Both the position numbers and the translations under genes were made by a program. Source: Trichoplax adhaerens (Eukaryota > Animalia > Placozoa). From it: 64,000 bases of DNA. Position 1 is the first letter of the stretch. Each line of letters opens with the position of its first letter. Positions 25,648 through 36,600 of the stretch are shown here, one piece after another. The DNA lies in the NCBI RefSeq assembly GCF_000150275.1, contig NW_002060945.1:6935607-6999606 (forward strand), read 5' to 3'. Below the pieces are notes generated by a model. It was not told where the DNA came from. It did no database searches and saw only the letters and a list, made by a program, of their open reading frames with translations.

Positions 25648-28275
25648 CTAATCGTCTACAGCTGGATCAAACGAACCCTATAAAAGATCACATTGACAAG
25701 TTTATCCAATTAGAATCAATAATACATAATTTATTAAAGCGAGAAATATTCGTGGCTAAGTTTATCCACTAACCCATCCTCCTTGCATGATAATCCATTC
25801 AGTAAATGTGTCATGTATAAACTTTTTAGTGTGTTTCTTGACTTTGTCCGCTAAGTCACCAATATTACCCCAAGCAGAAATGATACTTCCACTTAAATCT
25901 AAAACGGTAGCGATTTGGGCCATTTGCTGGGGCGAGGATAATTCAGGCGAACCAACTACCTCTACAAGAGGAAGAAATAATAGATTACTGAATATTCTAT
26001 ACAACATCTTGTGTAAATTACTTAGCTAAACAACTTAGTAAGACATTTCACATAAAGTTATGTTGGAATCTCTTTGAAAAATTTATACAAATAACGGTAC
26101 TGTTGTGGTAGAAAGGCTACCAGGGGATTTAATAGTGCAACGTCACAAAAAGTGACCAATGTACCTGCATTTGATGTTTTGCGGATAGCCTCACTGGCCA
26201 TTTTCTGAAATCGTTTGTATGTTTTCTTTTTTGTAGTATAAGAGCAGTTGCCAAGCCCCATATCGGCGAGTCTTAAATCATTTCTCTCAGAAAGAGCTGC
26301 TAGCCATTGAGCAACATACATCATTTTCTTATCTTCTTCGCTTCCTTCTACAGGGCTTCCTCTTTCACTGTTGCATGAACTGTCTCTAGATACTTGTCTA
26401 AGCATAGACCATTTACTACGCGTTAATTCAGCTGGTACCGCAGTTATTCCTATCAATTTCGTCATCGATTTTATGGATTAATATCGCATTTTATTTTCTA
26501 TAATGGATATTATTGACTACTGAGCATGTTGAATCTCAATTAGATAAAGTGGATATTAATTTAATAGTAACTTTTAGCGACTTTAAAAAATAACTGGCAT
26601 TTCACTTTACATCATAGAGACTGTACTTTATAAAGATTATAGTATAGTAGCGTGAAAATGAATAGAAATCAATCAATGAATGCTAATGGTAAATAAATTT
26701 TATAGATACATCCTACTGATACAGTATAAGCAAAAAGAGTAGTGGAAATAATAAAAGCATTTGATGGACTGTATTTTGATGCCTACTTTCTGGTATAATC
26801 TCTCTACATATTATTTAACAATAGTTAGAATCGTACCATTGCCTTCACTTTTCTTCGTCTCTTCGGTGCTAATCCCTGCTGTGGGTTCTGTATCATCTTC
26901 AGCAGAGATACCATACTGATAGAAATTAGAGCGATCGCCATTCCTCCAACTTTCACTTATTTCATTCTTTTGTACTATAGCTAATGACGCAATCAATACA
27001 TCAGAACAATATCAATCAATATTTCACGGCGTTTTATACATTAACAATCAATCAGCTCAACAATCACTTATCTATGCGGAAAAGGTAATTTAAAACTTAA
27101 AACTTAAATGGTTCATTGCCGGATAAGCAACATTTCCGATTGTGTTATTCGATAGTAATACGTCTAAATACGTGTTATTGTACGTGTACTACAGTAAGTA
27201 GACTTTCAAAATAATAACTAAATTGTGTCTATATCTTATCAGTATAGTTATTATGGTGTAAACAAATAGCATTAAATGGTTAATCTACAGATTAACGATA
27301 GTAAAAACTAGAAAGTATAGAATAAATCCTCATGGCAAAACCATACAATATCCTATTAGATAACAAAATTTAAAAACAGCTTTACTGTGCCGTGATTTAT
27401 CTTCGGAAACGGGGATTATTTTTAAGAGGTAATTTTTAACGATGAATCAAGACAACTTTATTCTCTAAAATGGTAATTTAATACTGGAGGTAACTTGTAA
27501 TCATTGTTGATAGTAATATCATAACTGTTTTAATGGTGTGGCAGCTAATTGTATCTGTCTAGTTTATGTTAACGTTGCAAAATGAGCAGGTGATTGTACA
27601 GCGTTCTTTAAAATGATATAATAATCACAAGATGATTCCCCATGTTACTACTGTACGTTGACAATACTGCCGTATAGGCCAATTAGTTTATTTTAGTACG
27701 GGATATCAATTACCTTGACCTGTAGGTGATTGTGGCTGATCAACTTTAGAGTCGGTTCGGTTAATGAGGGCAGAAAGCTTTTTGACTTTCTTCCAATTCA
27801 AAGTTAGCTTACTTTTTCTTCTCGAAGAAGTACCAGAACCAGAGCGCTCTCTCCTTGACGCAGATCCAGAGCGTTCTCTTTTTGGCGCAGATCCAGAGCG
27901 TTCTCGCTTTGATGCGGAGCCAGAACTTTCTCGCTTTGATGCGGAGCCAGAACTTTCTCTCTTTGACGCAGAACTGGAACGTTCCCTGGCTGTGGTAGTA
28001 TTGCTACTGGAATTCCTATAACCAATGACTTCAACGCTAGCACTTATTCGAGGCGGATATACCGATGGCATTGATGCCGAGACCTCTCTAATTTCGGTAC
28101 GACGTATACCGCCACCAACGGAGCTGTTAACGGAAGATCTACTCACTGCGGCATGATTATAATTATCAGCAGTTTCCAATTTAAGCTTTAGAAAGTTTTC
28201 TAATACTTTACTAATTTGTCGACGAGATTGTTTTTTATCCTCATCAGAGGGTTTTCTTCGCGTGATGGAAGACAT
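25648..28275 (-). CDS. Divergent Bcl-2 family protein lacking a C-terminal TM anchor (Bcl-G/BCL2L14-, BCL2L12-, Bfk-like), 5 coding exons, about 400 aa
   Basis: Exons 28275-27714, 26980(or 26974)-26837, 26449(or 26431)-26165, 25961-25774, 25677-25648, with phases 1,1,1,0 consistent. Features: BH2 motif FIHDTFTEWIIMQGGW followed by a short acidic tail GSFDPAVDD*, a degenerate BH3-like helix VAQWLAALSERNDLRL, and an N-terminal alpha1/BH4-like helix ISKVLENFLKLKL. Confidence 0.75.
27835..27987 (-). repeat. 27-bp coding minisatellite, about 6 units, encoding [K/R/A]RE[R/S]S[G/S]S[A/G][S/P/T]
   Basis: Protein reads ARERSSSAS KRESSGSAS KRESSGSAS KRERSGSAP KRERSGSAS RRERSGSGT. The DNA units are visible directly. 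Confidence 0.9.
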
Positions 28276-28569
28276 GGTAGTTCAACTATTGCCAGTCTAA
28301 AAGTACAGGCTAATTGAGTTAAGACACGTCTGCCCATACAACGTATTTGTATACTGTAGTACGTTCAAGACGTCAAATTGACCAGAAAATACGAAAGTCT
28401 GCAAGAGCCCACAGAATTTTCAACTATGATTAAATTGTCTACAACCGAATGAAAGTGATGCAAAATATTAAATATCCATCCTTTACTACGTTAATGACAC
28501 ACGTTATAAGTGTGCACCTGCAGTAGATAAAAACGTGGACAAGGTGACTGAATACAATCAAAAGATTAT

Positions 28570-29600
28570 TTTTCTTTCAAGATTAGGTGATGGGCGAGTC
28601 ATGATCCTATTCTAAATCGGTTGTATAAAGTTTACAAAGTCAAGAAATACCTGTATGTAGTCAACCGATGATAGTTGGCAAGGTAATCTGCTGACAGAAT
28701 GTGATTTCTCTCCCTTCTCTTTCTGTAGTACTGTCCATGGATTGAAAATGATTGAAAACAAGGTCTATTAGTCACCATGCTCAACTTGAACTCGAATACT
28801 CGTATACTGTCAATCTATTGTACCAATGTATCTGGATAAAGTATGGACGATTTCAAGACAGTACTATCGAAAGGTTATTTTACGAGCATTTTAATATCAG
28901 CTTAGAGACAAGCCCTGATCGTGCTCTGTATCGCCTTAAAATAAGGTCAAGACATACCTGTATGTACGCAGTCAACCGATGGGGATTGGTAGCGTAATCT
29001 AGCTACAGCGTGAAAACTTTGTATTCTCTCTTCTTTTTCCTAGAAAATCAATCAATCTGAATAGTAAGCTTCCATACGTTAACAACATACGAGTGTAGAC
29101 TGTACAGCGTGTAAAGTGTACACGAAGTATAGACGATTGCAGTACTATCAAGAGATTCTTTATTGACTATTCGTTGATCGATGAGGTCTATTTAGTTGAT
29201 CCGTCTGATGTACATCGCCTTAACTAATACACTATTAAGATGAAGAAGAAAGTCTTAACCTACCTAGATGTGGTCAATTGACCAACAACGATGAGTAAAG
29301 GATTAATTGCATTCGATCACCGCGTTTAATCACTCAGTCTCTTGTCTTTCCGTAGCTGATGGATTGAAATGATTGAAAACAGTAGTCTCAATGCCAAGTT
29401 ATACTACGTTAACAACACCCTAGAATAGTTTGTAAAGAAAGCATCGACAATTACATACACTACAATGCGATCAAGCGATGATTGAATTCAAAATCCATTT
29501 CTAGTATACTGTACATATCGCCTTGAAGGCATACCTGTTCAAGGGAAATTCAACAAGATCACCAGCTGAATATAGTGGTAAATCTCTCTTCTGGCGTCGG
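28570..29600. repeat. Highly degenerate tandem duplication (about 300-350 bp period, 3-4 partial copies) in the putative 5' UTR intron of the Bcl-2-like gene
   Basis: Recurrent blocks ATACCTGTATGTA..GTCAACCGATG..GTAATCT (about 28647, 28953), ATGGATTGAAA(A)TGATTGAAAACA (about 28737, 29359), CAGTACTATC.A (about 28859, 29140), ATCGCCTT (about 28930, 29214, 29517). Confidence 0.65.
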
Positions 29601-29685
29601 GTGTCAAAGGATCAATTCAATCGTAGTTGATTACCTAGGATGAATCAATCATTTAGAGATGATTATCACACCCAGCTACACTGTA

Positions 29686-29947
29686 GGGGAGCTACGCGTA
29701 TATTGGACACCAATCACTGCCAATATGGATGATGAAAATTAAGCCTTGAGTAAGGAATGTTTGCAGTTTATTTCTTCCACCGCCGCCGAATGGATGGAGG
29801 GCTTAGATGGGCTTGTCGGGGAGCTACGCGTATATTGGACACCAATCACTGCCAATATGGATGATGAAAATTAAGCCTTGAGTAAGGAATGTTTGCAGTT
29901 TATTTTCTTCCACCGCCGAATGGATGGAGGGCTTAGATGGGCTTGTC
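29686..29947. repeat. Near-perfect tandem duplication, 2 x about 131 bp
   Basis: GGGGAGCTACGCGTATATTGGACACC...GGGCTTAGATGGGCTTGTC occurs at 29686-29817 and 29818-29947. The copies differ only by a T-run length and one CCG unit. Confidence 0.95.
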
Positions 29948-30142
29948 TTGCTTTGCTTGCGGTAGGCTTGCGCGATTGATGTTTCCAACTGGAGTTGAGA
30001 AAACGCCTTAACGATCCGATCCAGTCCGGTCCGGTCCGGTGTTGTGGTCTCCTTTGCTAATGAGTGAGATGAAAGCAGCAGTGGGTCGCCGAGGTCCTCC
30101 TCTTCCGACTACCGAAGCGATATGACTCAGTTCACGCTCGGT

Positions 30143-30605
30143 CACAGTACTATACAGTAGAGTGATGCAGTCTATACGGTACCGTACTGGACACAATATT
30201 CTGCACTACTGTGCCACTGTTACAGTACTGGATGTCTATAAATAGTTTTTCTATCATTAATGGCAAGTTTATTGACGGCTTAAAAAAAACAATCTCTGCT
30301 CTGATCTAGTAATCGACCAATGCAGGCCTGTAGGAACATGATTGTTTACTTACAGTACAGTACAGTACAGTTCTAGCAGCCAAAGCCAATCAAAACAAAA
30401 AGTCTTTGATAGTGTAGTAACTGTACTGACTACTCACAGCAGTCTGACTGACAGTAAACATGAAACTGGTACTACAGTAGACAGTAGCAACAGTACTATC
30501 AACTACAGTGTACAGTGTACAGTACACGCACAGTACTGTACTGTAGTGTATTTTCAACTTCAATAACAACTCGGTAACCCTGGAGATACACTGGATATAC
30601 TGTAC
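30143..30605. promoter_or_regulatory. CAGTA/ACTGT/GTAC-rich tract; probable promoter of the Bcl-2-like gene
   Basis: Dense TACAGTACAGTACAGTACAG and ACAGTGTACAGTGTACAGTAC arrays next to a GC-rich segment (29690-30140) upstream of the minus-strand gene. Confidence 0.5.
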
Positions 30606-32829
30606 ACTTTACTCTTTTCACAAGAAAGCAACAGGCTTTACTTCATCACTTCGCAACATATATTATACCTCGAAGATACGACATGATGAACCCATGGGGA
30701 TTACTCGATATCTATCTAGTGATTCATGAGCTAGCATGAATTTAAGATTGAAAAGGAAACTCTCTTTTAAGTACTCCTCGATCATGATTACAGTCCACTA
30801 TGGCTATGTGTGTTAGGGTTACGTAGGATCATGATCAATGTAAAAGTTAATTTTGCGGATTGCAATTTTGAGACGAGTACAAACAACATGAAAATAGGCA
30901 GACAGTTGATCCTTTAAATTAGACTATTAAATAATTTTCCTTTTTTTTCCACTATTCATGAAAAAGACGATCTAAATTGCCCCGCCTACAGGACTAGCAT
31001 TAAATGACATCATTTCTGGCTGTTTACAATCGATTTACTGATGGATAGACTTCGTAGATTGTAGTACACAACGACGGTGTACAGTCGTTGCGATCAAAAT
31101 TAGCCTACAATTCATGGATTCCATCCTAAGCCTAAGTAAAATAATGCACTATGGTGATGACAGTATTACTCTATTGTGCCCTACTCATGTGCATGCAATT
31201 TTCGACAACGTGAGAAAAAGTTGAAGAAATTCTTTCTTTGGCCACCATGGAAACGAATAAAAGGTTTCCAAGTGCCGATAAACTATGCATCTACGCGTGC
31301 TATAACCCACACTAATGTCATACACTAGTATCTAACTTCTACAGTATTCTATAAAGCAGTGAATGTACAATGTATATCTTGGATATCTCACCAATTTATT
31401 ACTTCTCGATCAGGAGGATGACATTCAACTACTCTCCAAGGAGATTGAAAATGATCCAAAGTGTTAATATTAACAACAGTTTCGAGTGCCTTGTCTATTT
31501 ACCTTGAACACGGTGTATGACAATTTAGCCTACTGTACAACGATTCAAATGGAGTTTAATCTTCCAAGACTTATTGAATTTTTAGAGATGGTAATCTTTC
31601 AAAATGTTGATACTATATTTAGAGATTACGTATTGCTGACAGCGGGTAAAAGACAGTAATCAAGTGTTACAAATGGACAATAGGTGGATTCACGAGTACA
31701 GAAAATTACTGTATATACAGTACGTAAAAAACAACGAAGGTAACTCCACTAGTAATAGTAATATTATCGCTTAAAAGTACTGTACTGTATTGTAGATTGA
31801 CGATAAGGTCACCCAAAAAATAGAGCTGAAACATTAAAATTCCCACAAAATTATTCCTGGTAACTCACAATCACGCTATCATGGCGTGTAGCAATCATTA
31901 ATATTCCATTCATCTACAGTTGTACGCATAAACAAAATATTAAGATTAGAAGAATGATCAAATTATTTCAAAATTTGGATGTCATGAAATTGATGATGCC
32001 AATTGTATTATTGGATGCTTTAAGGAATACTCTCGTTGTAAGCTGGTACAAAGAGAATTACCTTCGAAAAAATCCTTCTATAAACAGTTATGAACAATAA
32101 TTGGAAAGAAAACATTGCTGTACTGTTACAATATTAGACGGTACAGTAGAAACTGGAATCAATCCCCAAAATAATCACTATAATAGCGTACAGTAAATAT
32201 GCATAGGTCTAATACTTGTTTAAACTTGCGTTATTCTACCGATCATCTAATGAGTCATCAATCCTTTGTCATGGATAGCCAGTGTCCATGTAGCTGATGA
32301 CTGATTAAGGATTTACAGGTATTATCTTCATATCCATCATTGCATCATTCTTTTTAATCATATTACTACTCATTTTATTAAACGGAAAACAAGCAGAATG
32401 ATCATCAGCGACTGCTAAAAAAAAAAAATAATATCACTCTACTGCGTTGACTGTTCAGTATAACGGAAATCGGACGGTACTACTGTATAAAATTGTAGAG
32501 TAGACCACAACACGGAAGTGATGAAAAAAAGATTCTATAGATAGCACTACCTACTGAGCACTATTTATTAATCCAGTGATAAGAATAATTACATATATAC
32601 CGTATATGACATATAGAATTCGAAGCATCCAATAGATTAATGAATTGCTACGACACACAAGGGTTTCTGTCAAACAATGATTCTCAATATTGCACTACAG
32701 TAATACAGCATAACAATGTCGTAATTCTACGTTGGATAAAATGTTGATTAGTAGAGGAGTAGCTGCTAGCTGAATCGATGACTCATCCGTAACGAAATCA
32801 TTTATGAATTCTACGTGTCCACTCCAGTA

Positions 32830-33546
32830 TGCCACTGTACAGTATAGGAATGAATGAATGAATTCACTAATGAATGCTCAACTGTACACTGTACTGTACA
32901 GTAGAGTACAGTATGCTATAGAATTCTACAGTACTGTACACTGTAGAATTTGTACTCTGCTGTGCTGTACTGTCGAATTCTTCACCGTCAAGTTGTCCCT
33001 TTTGGGCCTGCGTAGTGTACAGTACAGTGTACAGTGTACAGTACTCTAGTACTGTACTGTATGGGCAAAGGGCATTTCTAAACTTTGGCAAATCCAATTT
33101 TTTTTTTTTTACTTTTGCAATGTAAGGGAGAATATCACGTGACTTTGATCATACGTACACTAGAGACCCTCATAGAATGTACAGTACCTGTCAAAACATA
33201 ATTGACAATTTTCAACAGAATTAATGGATGCATAGGGTTAACCTCAATTAATGCTGTTGCAAATTGTCAATTGTGTTCTGACAGGTGCTGTATAGTGGTT
33301 CTGCGGTGTAGCACAAGTAGAGTTTCATCAACTTACAGTGCAGTATGGGAGAACAAGCGGGGCCAAGTGTACAGTACATGTATATGTACTGTACACTGTA
33401 GAAGGTCTCTCGTGCACACTGACTTTACAGTGTGCAGTGTACAGTACAGGAACGCATACTGCCACTGTACTGTACAGTAAATCACGGCCTACAGTACAGT
33501 ACTACTGTATTTACTGTACTGTATGTACTGTACTGTACTGTACTGT
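32830..33546. promoter_or_regulatory. CAGTA/TACTG tracts immediately upstream of the PhoD gene
   Basis: Two dense clusters (32830-33062, 33335-33546) ending in (TACTG)n about 90 bp before the ATG at 33637. Confidence 0.55.
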
Positions 33547-33636
33547 AATTTTATGGTAATTTTATGGTAATAGTATTACGTCGTTGAGAAAGCCAAGGCG
33601 AAAGCACTGGTAATTCATCGGCATAGTTGATGCAAA

Positions 33637-36600
33637 ATGGTAGCGAAAATGAGCGATTTAAAGTTCTTGACCAAGGTGATCTTCATACCTACTATGCTGA
33701 TACTTGGTGTAAGTGGAGGTCAAACTTCCGATTACTACAATCAAAGTGTTATCAGTACTGTCGCCTTTGGCAGCTGCAGGTATGCAAATTTATTGAATGA
33801 ATAAAGTATAGCAGGATGAAAATCAAGAGTTACCCCTACTGCATGCCTCCGTCATATCCTACAAGTTAGTAAGCTCATCGGTAGATCTACAGTTCCAGTA
33901 TATTATCAACTTGAAACAATTTACCGAGTGGAAGCTGCATAGATGACGCATACAGTAAAGTATGGAGTCCTCAATTTCACATCGGAGTAGTATAAGTACA
34001 ATGTACCATAGACCAACGGTCGATAATACGGTACAGTATACACTTCAATAGAGCTGGTATTTATTTGCAAGGAATTTTGACTACCTTGATCGAAATTGAA
34101 GCTGCACGATTTTAAAAATCGGTGATGAAATTCGTACTGTACAAGCTAGTCAGGCATAAATACACATGCCAACTCACTACTAGACCATAGCATACAGTGC
34201 ACGCTATCGGCCTACCTGAAGTAGTCTCAATTTCACATCCAAGTCCAATGTACCATGTGCAATGGTAGTATCAGCATTAGGCGCAATCCAGTCTACGCTT
34301 GAATACAACTAATGTTTATCTGTATTGGCTAGAATCTTCACTACTTTGATCGGAATGAAAGCTGCATAATTTAAATGATCGGTAATAAGATTCATACAAG
34401 CTAGCCAGGCACCAATACACATGCTAACGAGCTGCTAGACCATAGCATACAATACACGTTATTGGACCACCTGAAATTTCTAGAGCTACTTCAATTTAAT
34501 GTTCATTTATTGATCGATAGATTTACAGCAGTATTCGATGCAAGCGCTTTCACTACATGCAATCTGGATAAGTATTGTAGATGTCGACGTGATTGCATGT
34601 TTCTCCATCCACTTTGAATCTTCACAGCGTCGATCAAACGTCTCCAAATGATCTACACGTTACATGATATAAAATGTATCACGCTTTCATAATCAATTAT
34701 CCACTAAATATTATTATTTAACCCAGCTTGACATAGAGTTTGTTCATCTCAGTATTAATCATGAACGAATTAAAACAATAAAATACTCCTAAGCACTACC
34801 ACCATCGGTATACTATGATTAGCGACTAGTTGATTACAGCATTAACAGTATAAAAGTCGTCTTACTGCAAACTGATAGAGCTATTTCAATTCAATCATCA
34901 AGCTTACTATGATGTTATTATAAACTAATCTACATCATTTCTATGCCTTAGCAAGAATAGTTTACCACAAACAATTTGGCAAAGTGTTATTGGACAAAAG
35001 CCAGATTTATTCGTTTGGCTAGGTGATGGTAAGTCCGAAAGGGTAGACTCTATTTTGCTATAACAACAATGCTTATAACCTTAAATTATATTAGGTACCT
35101 GTTGAACTACTTGTTAAGTTTTATTATCAACTAATTAATCTTACTAATTCGCATGTATGAATTATTTACTGTCAGATAAAGTCGTTAACAAATCATATTT
35201 GCAATTAAAATACTTGTATCTGCACGCGTTATAATTTGCTCGCCTTCTACAATACTACAAAGTGTATCAATCAACTGAAATAAAAGCTACAACCGATCTT
35301 TATCAACACTATACGACATACGTATACTCATATACAGTATAGAATTGACCTATTACGGCAACTTATTAAATTGAGCTTAGTTTACGCTTTCCCTAACCAC
35401 GGTAGCTCAAAAATTTTACTCTACCAATATTTTAAAATTGATTAAAGATATAATCACACTACAATATGCAAGCCTTGATGGATACTAAATGACGATAGCA
35501 TTGCTATCACCTTAGATGTAAGCAAGCTCCATTCGCTCTGCAAGTATCTTAATACCGTCTAAGTGCACATCAAGATACCTTTTATTCATGTATTTTTATA
35601 AGGTGTCACAATTAATATTCGTTTTATAATCCATCGATCTTTTTGTAGACTAAATAATTAAAGTAGTCAATATAGTAACGAGTTAAGCATCTTATTCCTT
35701 CATGATAACTACTATCCGCTTCAATGAAACAAGAACTAATAAGATAATTTGATATTCACCAAACTTGCGATATAGTGGTCTACGCGGATCGCAGAATTCT
35801 ACCATTTGTATGGACTCGTAATCCACCAGAAGTTGTAGAAGATATCTATATGCGCTTCTATAACAATACTGCATACAAGGTATTATTCCCTATTTTATAC
35901 AGATCACAAGACTATTGGCTCATGTACTTACAAATATTAAAGGAATTTCGAGAAACCGCTCTCATTAGACCTAATAATGCTTATTCTACTTGTATATGGC
36001 ATGCATATCTTGCTTAATTGATTCTAATATTCTTAGTTTATGGGTATTCTGGATCTAATTTTAATAGCTAATCAAATCTTGCTAGTAATGTTCGTAAATA
36101 TACTATTAACACTTTCGATCTATATGCTATACTTAATCTACTTATAATGCTGAAGCATTAATTAGATAATTTGTGTATTTAATAGAAATTTCGAAACAGC
36201 GGTATAAAAATAGTTGGCGTTTGGGACGATCATGATTATGGTGAAAATGGTGGTAATAAGGTAGTAATGAAAAATGTTCTATATAGCATTACAGTATATA
36301 CCACTATGCTACACTACAAACTATTCTATTCAGCAATACTATCCACCGTACCAGTATTAACCTTTATCTTCAACCTATTCTAATTAAGAGTTGAAACATT
36401 TTTATTTAATCAACACCTAATATTGATAGTGAGCAGTATTGAGGTGTACTAAACTACAAAACCCACTATGTAAAATTATATTATTTAATGGTAATATTTA
36501 GATTATTTTAATATTGCAACCTAACCATCTAATGATATTTTCATCTATATTTATCATCCGATTTATTAATCCTATAATTTTCATAACAGAATTCCAATAA

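Noticed and set aside
27764-28043. Overlapping repeat ORFs on the + strand and in an alternative - frame
   Set aside because: Shadows of the 27-bp coding minisatellite in the Bcl-2-like exon.
29738-29760. TTAAGCCTTGAGTAAGGAA resembles the 5' part of U12 snRNA
   Set aside because: It lacks the 5' TGCCTTAA, the following stem-loops and an Sm site. Short chance match.
32858-33559. ORFs rich in Y/S/T/V/Q/C (also 30342-30566, 46934-47460)
   Set aside because: Translation artefacts of the CAGTA/TACTG tracts.
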